Part shown: positions 49,997 through 61,753 of the stretch, piece by piece
How positions within the stretch are numbered: position 1 is the stretch's first letter
Layout of the letters: every line of letters begins with the position of its first letter
Source: Octopus sinensis
Lineage: Eukaryota
Length of the DNA: 64,000 nt
NCBI RefSeq assembly: GCF_006345805.1
Contig: NW_021825323.1
Span: 62,001-126,000 of the forward strand
Reading direction: 5' to 3'
Program-made: the position numbers and the translations under genes
Notes under the pieces: model-generated
What the model was told of the DNA's origin: nothing
Database searches by the model: none
The model's input: only the letters and a program-made list of their open reading frames with translations

Positions 49997-52900
49997 GCTG
50001 GCACACGTTGTTGTTGTTGTTGTGGTAAAAGCCAAATGAAGAACGAAGAAGCTAGAAACGAAGACCCGTGTCAACTCACTCACTCTACCAGCGCATGTGC
50101 TACCTGCTCCCGAAAGAACTCTCGGAAACTGGGTCTATTCTGCTCCTCTTGTGGGGTCTACCATCATATTGGCTGCGCGAAGCTAAGGAAGAAGGCTGTC
50201 AAGGGCCTTCGTAATTGGCTTTGCCCACCTTGCTTACGCATGTTCACCTTTTCTGAACCCCGAGCAAGACGCTCTGATGTATTTTCAATCACAGACGGAG
50301 ATTCAATTATTCTGCTGCTCTCTTCTATTCGAAAATCCAGAAGGATCCCTTTAAAGATCCCCAAGTCAGCCAGAGTTTCTGCTGCCTCGTGCCTCAACAG
50401 TCTTGTTGAAAGGGCACTCCAGTCACGTGACACAGAATCATGGATCCGCCTTTTCTGTTTTGCACCTCTTGGACTTGGAACTTCTGTGCACTCTTCAGAA
50501 AACCGCAAGTCTTTGGCTTCTGAAATTAAAACGCATCTAAAATCCCTCCCTGAACGCCCTATTGAGGAACTAATTGATCAGCCTGGGCGGCACGAATTTA
50601 ATCGGCCACGCTTGGGAGATGAGAGGGAGTGGATCAGAGGAGAAGTTTCTCGTAAATTCATGGTGGGGGACCTGCGGGGAGCACTTCGTGTTATTTCCAA
50701 CGACGGCAAAATTTTGCCGACGACACCTGAGATCTTGGATCTACTCAAATGCAAGCACCCGTCGGCCCCGACGAATGTGCGGCCGTTCCATTTTATAAAT
50801 CCCACACTGGATGCGAAAACACTTACGGAGGAGATACTCGCATGCATTTCCTCTTTCAATGGGGGCAGCAGTGGCGGAATCGATGGCCTGCGTCCAAGCC
50901 ACCTGAAGGATTTGGTTTCGGCCTCAGCGCACGAGGCTGGCCGGCTCGCTTACAGCTCTGGTCCAGCGCATTATCGAAGGGGACATTCCCGTGATCGCTA
51001 GGGAGCTCCTTTTTTCTGCCCATCTTCTTGCTTTCGGCAAAAAAGACGGTGGGATACTCCCAATTGCTATTGCCAACGTTTTTAGAAGACTTGCTGCTAA
51101 AGTTGCTTCACGAAGGGCATCACAGAGACTCAGCTGCGAACTTTCGCCACTTCAGCTGGGCGTGGGAATCCCAAATGGCTGCGAAGCTGCAGTGCATGCA
51201 ACCAGAGAATTCTTCTCGCAAAAAGGGAACTCAAATGGTCCCGGAGTTCTAGCTATAAAACTGGACATTAAGAATGCATTCAACAGCCTGAGGAGAGATG
51301 TGATTCTCGAAACCTGCTTAGAAAGGGCTCCTGATATTATCGGCTTGGTTCACTTGGCATATGGGTCAGACAGCTCTCTTCTTTTTGGAGATGAAATTAT
51401 TAAATCGTGCACAGGAGTTCAGCAGGGCGACCCTATCGGTCCACTGCTGTTCGCCCTCGGCATTGACTCTGCCGTACGGAAAGTCGATTCTTTTTTCAAC
51501 CTGTGGTACCTCGATGATGCAACCATCGGGGGCCCCTCTGATACTGTGATTCAGGATATTTTCAACATAATTCCCACCCTCCGTGAAATTGGACTGGAAG
51601 TAAACGTCAGCAAGTGCGAGCTTATAAATATCTCTTGCTCGCACGAAGAATTCGGTTCCGCACTAAACAAGCTGCAACTTCGCCTGCCGGGGCTGACAAC
51701 CACACCCATTGATGATGTTCTATTCCTCGGCGCGCCCATGGGCCAAATCCAACTTAAGAAGTCGCTATCTGAGAAAGCCAAATGGGTCACTGATTTCACA
51801 AATAAGCTCATGTTGCTTGATTCTCACTACGGATTTTTCGTGCTCAGAGCAAACCTCATGCTGCCAAGGCTTCTATATTTGCTGCGAACTTCAAACTGCT
51901 CAATACAATCCGACATGCTTCAATCGCTCGATACTTCTCTGAAGTTGGCCGCTGAAAAAATCCTAAACATATCCTTTGATGACGCTGGTTGGACTTGCTG
52001 CAAATTACCTCTACGCCTTGGCGGAGTTGGACTCCGTTCACCTCTGGACATGGCTCTTCCTGCATTCCTCTCCTCACGTGCGAGCTCCCAAGCCCTCATC
52101 ACCCAAATCCTACGTAACTCTCGCGGATTGGAAGAGGACCGGGTTTTCTCTGGAGCTTGCGAATTCTGGAAGGGATCTGGATTGGCCATTCCATCTAACA
52201 TTTCACGCCAATGGGAATGGGATGATATCTCCAGCAAAGCTAAAATGGAAGCAATCAGACCTACACTGGATCAGCATCGCCTCGCTTGTTTCGGTGCCGC
52301 TGCCAGACCTGAAAGTGGGGCGTGGCTTAATGCCCTCCCTTGCTCCCAATCTGGAACCCTTCTCGATAATGACTGTGTGAGGATTGGCGTAGCAATGCGC
52401 TTGGGACTTAATGTCTGTTCGGGGGGCCGATGCCGATGTGGGAGTAAAGTCGATACCAAAGGACTACATCCCCTGTCATGCAGAAGGAGTGCTGGCCGTG
52501 CTCCCAGACACTCTGCTATCAACGAGACTATTTCGGCTGCGTTACAAGCAGCTGGATTCCCGACAGAACTGGAACCCGTTGGGCTTGACCGTGGAGACGG
52601 TAAACGCCCAGATGGAGTCACCATTTTCCCGTGGAGTAATGGGAAATGCCTCGCGTGGGACTCCACGTGCACAGACACCTTCTCAAAGACCAATATAGTT
52701 GACTCCGCGATCAGTCCAGGCTCAGCCGCTGAGAAGGCTGAGATACATAAAGCTCAGAAATATTCCAACCTGCTGGACAACTTTATCTTCTCCCCAATAT
52801 CTGTAGAAACCTCCGGGGCCATGAGCCAAAAATCGTTTGAACTCGTCGTGAAAATCGGGAATCTGATCTCGAGAAGACGGAGAGAGCCTCGGGAGAAGCA

Positions 52901-53016
52901 ATGGTTGTTCCAAAGAATATCCATTGCGATCCTGAGGGGCAACGTCTTCTCGATCATCAGCAGCTTAAGATTATGATGATCATTTTCGCTCTTTGATTTT
53001 AATAAGAATCACTTTC
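49997..53016 (+). mobile_element. Full-length, near-intact CRE-clade retrotransposon (PHD finger, RT, RLE)
   Basis: ORFs 50036-51001 and 50991-52976 joined by one frameshift near 50947; GVQQGDPIGP, WYLDD, GKRPDG; 11-bp TSD AATGATTTAAT. Confidence 0.92.
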
Positions 53017-53289
53017 AATGATTTAATTATTTTCTAACTAAACAAAATCAATAAAATATTTTATGCCGAAAAAGTGTAAAAGATTTAATTCTACTGAGAT
53101 ATTTGTTGTTACTTTTCTGCAACAAGTTTTCTAATATTCGAATCCATGTTGCTAAGAGCGATTCGCATATCATCTCCAACTTTCAATCGATTACGAGATT
53201 TATTTTTAATAAATGATAAATAAGACATCGCAGTTTCGCAGTACTTTGTATAAACAATAATAAATTAATAGTTAATCAGAAACTAAGCA

Positions 53290-53573
53290 GATCTCACTCC
53301 AGCTCGCTGATATCCACTCTCCTTCCCTTGGAAGAAGAGCCTACTTCCAGCTGCCTCTTACTCCCCATTACCACATCTGATTCAGCCATTGCATCTTCTT
53401 TAGCATTCATTGGGTCGTCTTCACCATTGCATGCCATCTCCACAAGCCGGTTGGAAGCAGAAGCGTATTCTTCACCAGATACCTTCATTCCGTGCTTGTG
53501 TTCGTTCGATCATCAGCGTTCTTTTCAGTACAACGAATTGGATGTATGTCCTCGTTCCTGCTCCAATAGATAG
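53290..53573 (-). mobile_element. R4/Dong-like 3' fragment
   Basis: LSIGAGTRTYIQFVVLKRTL aligns with LDVDKSLQAYIQSTVLKRTL of the first R4 copy. Confidence 0.7.
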
Positions 53574-54709
53574 GGTACTTTTGTCGAAGTGGTCGCAGTT
53601 TTTTTGGCCTTTTAAAAAATCTAATAATTTTTGAGGTGGAGAATTAGTCTTGGGACCGAAGCTCAATTGGAAATGCTCAAGAGTTGGTTGTAGAGTCCAA
53701 TGTTCTATTAAAAAGGTATAATTTCTCTCAAATAATTCTAGATACCTGGTTAGAGAATTGTAGATTGCCATTTGAGGATGTCATCGCCTACATATACTTA
53801 TGGAGTTACGATAGGCATACCTTCAAATGGCTTCATCACGAATACAATTGGGGTGAACATACATATGTCGATTGGGCTATGTTTTTACGTGAAGTCTGTG
53901 TGGACGCACTTGTTAAAAGATCTGACGGCAAAATTGGTATTATTAATGTTTATTTCAGGTGGTCCTGGTATGATTGTGGAGGTAGACGAGAGTATGTTTT
54001 CCAAACGGAAAAAACAACTCTGGAAGAGTTTTACCAAAACAGTGGGTCTTCGGTGGTATTTGTCGAGCCACCAAACAGTGTTTTCTGCAACCAGTCGCGG
54101 ATAGGAGCAGAGAAACACTGCTCAGTCTAGTAATTCGATATGTCGAGGTGGGAAGCATTATTTATAGTGACTGCTGGAAAGGTTAGCATTATTTGATTAA
54201 CATTTAGGGTATTCAACTGATCAATTGGTTGAAAACGGCTACACACACGAAACCGTTAACCATAAGTAAGGAAATATAATATATTCAGAAAATTCTTTGT
54301 GGATCCAACGACGGGAGTGCACACCCAGACAGTAGTAGAACGAATGTGGGGAAGTGCAAAATGCAAGAATAAAGCTCAAAGAGGAGCTGTAAGACATCAT
54401 CTGGGATCTTATTTCGCAGGTTTTTTTAGTTAGTTATTTTTTCAGAATTTATGTGGCGAAAACAAATACAGAACTATAAGGAATCTTTTGCACAGATTGT
54501 AAAAGACATAAATTCCTTCTACAGTCCTGGAATTTGGATGCCGCGTACTAAAAATGACTAAATTGGTTAAATAAATTTTTAAATAATTTTAATAACCATT
54601 TAAATTATTGATAGAGGGTTATAAATTAAATAATCTATTTTTCACTAAAAAAATTAATTAATTTTAATTATCTTCTAAAAAAAACTGCGACCACTTCGAC
54701 AAAAGTACC
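53574..54709 (+). mobile_element. Merlin transposon with an intron-containing, frameshifted transposase
   Basis: TIR GGTACTTTTGTCGAAGTGGTCGCAG at both ends; four GT-AG introns restore KIGGPG..VEVDES, DCWKGY, VNHKKFFVDP and AEFMWR; no TSD. Confidence 0.88.
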
Positions 54710-54749
54710 GAAAGGTATCATACAGATTGTAAATGTATAGATTGTATCT

Positions 54750-55895
54750 TAAATGTGCGAATTCAGATCACAAGCTAGTGATTTGTTAGACAATGAACCC
54801 GAAATGGAGATCTTTGCTAAAAGTTTGCATGACTTCTCGCATGGAGGAGTTAACAAATTGAATATGAATGTCGACAACGATATTTCACAGTTAAAAATGA
54901 GATTATTCGAAAAGTCATTCGAAACTGTGAAATTTGTAAATTTGCGCGACCCTTAAAAGTTTAACTTTTTTAAATCCTAGATTGGAGATATAAATAACCA
55001 TGTCTTTGCATCTTGCCCAAATGAAAGATTTCAGATAGATCTTATAAATCTGAAAAGTTTTTCTACTGTAAATAAAAATTTTAAATGGATTTTAACGGTC
55101 ATTGACGTATATAGCAGGTTAGTTTTTTTAACAATTTTTATAGATTTGCATTTGCGAGGCCGCTCTACACTAAGTCCTCAAATGAAGTTTGTGAAAACCT
55201 CAGATCATTATTTTTCTTAAATGGTCCGTGACAATTTCTTCGGTCCGATAATGGGACTGAATTCAAGAATCGTGAAATGACCAATATATGTGAGGAATTC
55301 AATATCAAACGAATTCACGGAAGGCCAAACAATCCCCGCTCACAAGGGATTGTCGAACGCTTCAACCAGTCAATTACAAGAAAAATGGCAAAAATGATCG
55401 ACAATGATAATAAAAAGTGGCTGGAAAAATTAGAAAATGCAGTGTACAGTTATAACATTTCTGTCCACTCATCTTCTAATGAGAGCCCTTTTGAAAGATA
55501 CCGGGGAATAAGTGGAATAAATACAATATTTTATGGTTGTAATTATAAAATTATTCCTTAGATAATTCAAGTAATGATTTGTTGAGTCCTGATCGATGAT
55601 GCAAACAATTGTCCGAGTCCAATTGAAAATTCATGTAATTTGAATTTCTATATGTAGATATAGACTGTAATTATTCGTTTACAAGTCCGAAAAGATTTCA
55701 GTTCGAAATCAACCCCATTGATCCTAATTCTAATTATTACAAAGCGATGAACAGAAAAATGAATGTTCACAATAGTAAGTATGAATTTAGTGTTGGTGAT
55801 AAAGTATGCATAAAAATTAATGTTTAGGTTCGAGTTAAAAAAGACTTTGGATCAAATCCTTCGTTGCGACTGGATAAGTTTGAATCTCCATATTA
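54750..55895 (+). pseudogene. Ginger-type integrase remnant (G9), interrupted by G8; resumes at 60740
   Basis: FQIDLINL, VIDVYS/RF (intron 55118-55143), SDNGTEFKN, QGIVERFNQ. Confidence 0.8.
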
Positions 55896-56366
55896 TGTCA
55901 CAGGCGCTACCGGTTACCGAGCGCTAGACGCGACTTTGACACCTAACAAGCCTGTCATCAACAAATATATCTATTAAATTATTTAAAATTTTAACATGAT
56001 TTAAAATTAAAATAACTTAAGTTTTCCATTGAATCCCATAAAATAATTTATAAATAGACCTTAATAGAAAAAGTAAAATCAATGAATACTGAACGCTAAT
56101 TTGGTTTAGGTTGTGAGGGGGGTAATAATTTGACAGATCTCATTGGTATTTCTCGTTTCAATCTGTAAAATTAGGTCTTCTAATCAAAAATGAACTGTGC
56201 AGACAGGCTTGCTCCTTCAGAAGATTCTTGTTTTGACATTTAAATAAATTATGAAGCATTTAGATTTTTTCTCATTATTCTAAAATATCAATTATAAATT
56301 TTAAAATATTATTTTTATTTATGAAATCGGTTTTAAAGCACATTCTGCTTTGACATTGATTTTAAT

Positions 56367-58196
56367 TAGAGTCACTCATACATCGGGCAGCAGTTCACAC
56401 GACAAAACAAATTGAAAGTCTGGACCAGCTCGTTAGGAATCTTATCAACACTTCTTTGGAGAAGTTCTCCAGGAAAAAGTTCATTAAACACTCTGGTGGA
56501 GGGACTCATGAACTCGACGACACAGTAGTGAGTCTCCTGAAAGAAAAGGCAAGATACCAGAAGAGGCTACGCAGATGTTTTGACCCAACAGACTGCACAC
56601 GCCTACGAGCAATGATTTCCTCTCTTAAAAAGAGGATCGACAAAAGGTCTAAAGAAAACATTGACTCAGCTTGGAGATTGGAATGTTCTAAGCTTAATCG
56701 AAGACACCCAAGTTTCTGGAAGGCATATAATCGCCTAAAGGAAACGGAATGCAAAGGAGATGAAATCAATTTAACCACAGAAAATGGCTATGCTATCAAC
56801 CGAGACGATGTACCTGACGCTTTACGTCAACAACTGGCGAAAATTCAAGATGTCGACCCGAGCTGTTTGGTCCCGACAGATATAATGGACGATAAAAAGA
56901 GGGCAATAGCCTCTGCGAAAATGTCCCCTGGTCGACTTTGTCACGCAATCACCCTGGATGAAACCCTACTAGCAATTAAAAGATGCAAGGACAACGCACC
57001 GGGTTTTGATTACATACCCATCCGAGTCTTCAAAGAGGCCCCGATAAGCCTAGTCAAGATAATAACGATACTTTTCAATGCCAGTTGGGAGACTGGATAC
57101 GTCCCGAATGCATGGAAAAAAACCGTGGTACGAATGATTCCAAAGGCAGGGAAACCTAAAGACCGTGCAGAAAATTTCCGACCCATAAGTCTCATCTGCT
57201 CCATATCAAGAATCATGGAACGTATAATCTTTAAAAGATTATCTATTCTCGTGGAGGAGTCAGGTTACCTGGCTAAAGAACAATGGGGTTTCCGACGTGG
57301 GAAGTCCTGTGGAAACTGCTTTGCCCAACTGGAAACGCAAATCTCGAGGGCCCTTACACACAAGATGGGGATGACAGGACTTCCCACGTCGGAAACCCCA
57401 TTGTTCTTTAGCCAGGTAACCTGACTCCTCCACGAGAATAGATAATCTGTTAAAGATTATACGTTCCATGATTCTTGATATGGAGCAGATGAGACTTATG
57501 GGTCGGAAATTTTCTGCACGGTCTTTAGGTTTCCCTGCCTTTGGAATCATTCGTACCACGGTTTTCTTCCATGCATTCGGGACGTATCCAGTCTCCCAAC
57601 TGGCATTGAAAAGTATCGTTATTATCTTGATTAGGCTTATCGGGGCCTCTTTGAAAACTCGGATGGGTATGTAATCAAAACCCGGTGCGTTGTCCTTGCA
57701 TCTTTTAATTGCTAGTAGGGTTTCATCCAGGGTGATTGCGTGACAAAGTCGACCAGGGGACATTTTCGCAGAGGCTATTGCCCTCTTTTTATCGGAAGAA
57801 GGAAATGTTCCGGGATCCTGAGAAGCCTTATACGCTTCCATCTCTCCCCAGACACCTTTCTCTTCATCTATAAGGCGACTGTAGAACCAGTCCTTATCTA
57901 TGGACATGAAGGTTGGTACCCTACAGACGAGAGAAATCGCATAATCACCAAACTGGAGAAAACAAGGCGCTTTGCGATTAAACTGGCGTATAAGCTACGG
58001 CTTGATCAGGATCTCCCCAGAGAGCTAGACGAACAAACTCAAAGCATTCGGCAAGTCCTCTGCTCATTGCAAAGGACATGAGAAGTGAAAAGGAAGCAAG
58101 GAGGAGGCTTTCGGTGTCTCGATTTTAATAAAACCTTTTCATATAACTCTTCTCTTTCGGTTGCTAAGTCAATAAAATCTGTTCGTTCGTTCGTTC
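56367..58196 (+). mobile_element. LINE C-type fragment with an internal 421-bp foldback
   Basis: ORF 56456-57424; 57374-57794 is the inverse of 56890-57310; 3' end identical in type to LINE C with a (TTCG)n tail. Confidence 0.85.
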
Positions 58197-58203
58197 GGGT
58201 ATT

Positions 58204-59663
58204 AATACACGGATGCAATCAAATTAGCAATACACGGATGCAATCAAATTAGCAATACACGGATGTAAAAATAAATCCCCTGGTTGGGACTACATACCGA
58301 TGATTATCTTCAAAAAGGCGGGAATGCCTTTGTTGTACGAACTATGGAAGTTATTTAACTTTTCGTGGAGTATTGGACATGTTCCCCAAGCATGGAAGAG
58401 GACAATTGTTCGCATGATCCCGAAGAAAGGAAAACCGAGTTCGGATCCTGCAAATTACAGACCAATCACCCTCATATGTTCTATCTCAAAAATCATGGAA
58501 AAAATTGTCTTTAAAAGACCATCAACTTATATTGAAGATAAACAGTATCTCTTGAAAGAGCAATGGGGTTTTCGGCGGAACAAGGGCACTGGAAATTGCT
58601 TTTCACTGTTAAAGGAGGCCATATCTACAGCACAAAGGAAAAAAGAGTATCTTACGGCTGCATGTCTAGACATATCAAAAGCATTTGATAGCGTCTGGCA
58701 TGCCGGGCTATTACGAACTTTATACAATTTTAACGTTGGAAAGACAGCCCTAGTTTGGATGAAGAGTTTCCTCTCGGAAAGAGAATCGTTTGTACGGGTC
58801 GGTAACCAATTATCGAAGAGAATTTTGCTTAAGAGAGGAGTTCCGCAGGGATCTGTCATCAGTCCACTTTTATTTAACTGTGTGATGTGCGACATCCCTC
58901 AAGTGGATCTCCCTAGCATGGAGATGGTCATCTACGCAGATGATATTTTAATTATGGATTTCTCTATGAGCAAATCAATATCGTGGAAAAGAACCCATAG
59001 TTATATCGAAAAAATTGGCAAATGGTGCAGGATAAAGGCTTGTCTTTATCTTTTGAAAAAAGCACTGTTTGCTGGATTGTTGGAAGGAGAAGGAAACCTG
59101 ATGTTTGTATTAACACCGGAGCGATAAAACCCGTGGATGATCTTAAATACCTCGGAATAGTTGTGGATGCAACTGGTTCATTCAAGATGTATATAAGGAA
59201 GAGAAAGAACAAGGCTACCCAAATGTTGAAAGCTCTGATGCGATTCCAGCTGAAACCGGAAACGTTCTTATACGTATACTCTGCGTGTATAGAACCCTTC
59301 CTGATCTATGGATCTCAAGGATGGTTCGGAAGCTGCGAAGGAAAGAAACATATTGATCTTTTGGAGAAAACGCGGAGATATGCCATTAAACTGGCACATG
59401 GCTTGGACTTAAAATCCAAACTAACCCCAGAGCTGGAGGGATCGGTACGATTTATTGAAAAACTGTTGCATCACTTAAATAAATAGTGGTGCAAGGGGTC
59501 ATTATTTTTATCGAAGGGACATCTGGTGTCCCATTAGAGTTGACCCCAATCAGCAAACAAACTTGGTTCTTCCGTCTCCTTGGTTTCGTTTGGCTCTTCT
59601 CTCCCCCTTTTAATCTAGTGACGAGTTTGTTACATAGAAAATAAACAGTTCAATTCAATTCCT
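58204..59663 (+). mobile_element. 5'-truncated LINE D (distinct family)
   Basis: RT ORFs 58300-59127 and 59022-59486; TSD GGGTATT; 25-bp tandem duplication at the 5' junction. Confidence 0.88.
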
Positions 59664-59675
59664 GGGTATTTGTCA

Positions 59676-60643
59676 GCTGTTTGTCTGGAAATTTCAAAGG
59701 CGTTCGACAGCGTTTGGCACCTAGGCCTCCTGGAAAGGATCATCAGTATCCATCCGGGGCAAAGGACTGTCAAATGGCTAGAGAATTTCTTACACATGCG
59801 AAAGTCTTTTATCAGATGTGGTAACCGGACCTCGGATACAATCAATCTAAGGAGGGGAGTGCCTCAAGGGTCTGTCCTGAGCCCTCTACTTTTCAACTTA
59901 TACGTTGCCGACATCCCGAAACCAGTAAATTGGAGAGTCTACTAATTATCTATGCGGACGACATATTGGTTACGGATCTGTCGCGATCCAAGGACCTCTC
60001 TTGGAAAAGGCTGAGGGAATATATAGCGAGGGTTGAGTCTTGGGCTACGGAGAAAGCCCTCTCCTTAGCACGAGACAAGTCCACCATCACGTGGGTTTCT
60101 AAAACTCGGAAAGGAAGAGAATCACTTCTGGAGACAATGGGACTAAGAATCTCTGACGACCTACGCTACCTTGGGGTAACGATCGGGGCTGACGGATCGT
60201 TCCTTAAGTTCGTGGAATCTAGAAGAAGGAAATGTTCCGGGATCCTGAGAAGCCTTATACGCTTCCATCTCTCCCCAGACACCTTTCTCTTCATCTATAA
60301 GGCGACTGTAGAACCAGTCCTTATCTATGGACATGAAGGTTGGACTGTAGAACCAGAACCAGTCCTAATCTACAGACGAGAGAAATCGCATAATCACCAA
60401 ACTGGAGAAAACAAGGCGCTTTGCGATTAAACTGGCGTATAAGCTACGGCTTGATCAGGATCTCCCCAGAGAGCTAGACGAACAAACTCAAAACATTCGG
60501 CAAGTCCTCTGCTCATTGCAAAGGGCATGAGAAGTGAAAAGGAAAGCAAGGAGGAGGCTTCCGGTGTCTCGATTTTAAATAAAACCTTTTCATATAACTC
60601 TTCTCTTTCGGTTGCTAAGTCAATAAAATCTGTTCGTTCGTTC
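59676..60643 (+). mobile_element. 5'-truncated LINE C copy
   Basis: Nearly identical to 46395-47329; TSD GGTATTTGTCA. Confidence 0.9.
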
Positions 60644-61084
60644 GGTATTTGTCAATTTATAAATTTTTTGATTGATCGCATCTAGAAATTGAGTGGTCGC
60701 TCGCTGCGCTCGGTAGTGCCCAGCGCCTGTGACATATTATCCATCTGCAGAAATTATCAGTATTTTATCAAACAATCGCGTTGAGGTAGTTTAAACATTT
60801 AAATTTAATAGATAAAAAATTCGATGAGCGAAATTTCGATTGTGCCAATGTCCAGACTTAAAAAATAATTAACAAGTTATTATTCTTTGAAGTTTAATAC
60901 AAGGTCACGTCAGGTATCACGCGGCCCATAGGTGTCACGCAAACCATGTCACATAATTGTAGATAGAATGAAAACCATTACGTCTAAAGATTGTGTAAGC
61001 TTTATTTCTGGAATACAGGGAAATATTGCCGACACACTAAATATGGTTAACATAAAATTTTAAAAAAAGAATTTTTTGGTGTTA

Positions 61085-61323
61085 ATCCCATTTAGTTAGC
61101 TATTTTTTTTTTTTCCATATTGATCCCATATTGTTTGGTATCAATCCCAATTAGTTTTATGTTAATCCCATTTAGATTTAGATTTTTGCTAATCCCACTT
61201 AGTTTGACGTTAATCCCATTTAGTTTTCTGCTAATCCCAACTAGTTTTTTGCTAATCCCATTTAGTTTTCTTCTAGTCCCACTTAGTTTGGTGTTAATCC
61301 CATTTAGTATGGGAAATGGTATA
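61085..61323. repeat. Transposon end with ~21-bp subterminal repeats (TTAATCCCATTTAG)
   Basis: Terminal GTTAATCCCATTTAGTATGGGAAATGGTATAG is shared with about 49315-49346. Confidence 0.65.
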
Positions 61324-61335
61324 GTTTTTTGCTTA

Positions 61336-61753
61336 CAGGGTATTTCATTAATATATCCTCTAATTTCATAAATATATCCTCTGATTTCATAAATAAATCT
61401 TCTTATTCCATAAATATATCCTCTTATTTCATAAATATATCCTCTTATTCCATAAATATATCGTGTAATTTCATCAATATATCCTCTTATTTCATAAATA
61501 TATCGTTTTATTGTGCACATAAAACTATCATGAATAGAAAATCTAGAATTTCAATGACACAAGAAATAATTATTTATAATATACGATATATTTATGAAAT
61601 AAGAGGATATATTGATGAAATTACACGATATATTTATGGAATAAGAGGATATATTTATGAAATAAGAGGATATATTTATGGAATAAGAAGATTTATTTAT
61701 GAAATCAGAGGATATATTTATGAAATTAGAGGATATATTAATGAAATACCCTG
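61336..61753. mobile_element. Foldback-like MITE with 171-bp TIRs built of 21-bp repeats
   Basis: Arms 61336-61506 and 61583-61753 are inverse copies; CAGGGTATTTC termini; TA flanks. Confidence 0.85.

Larger units (their letters stand above)
55896..60734 (+). mobile_element. Non-autonomous Ginger-like element G8 (family Y) carrying three stacked LINE fragments
   Basis: TGTCACAGGCGCT TIRs; TSD TATTA; interior matches G7. Confidence 0.9.
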
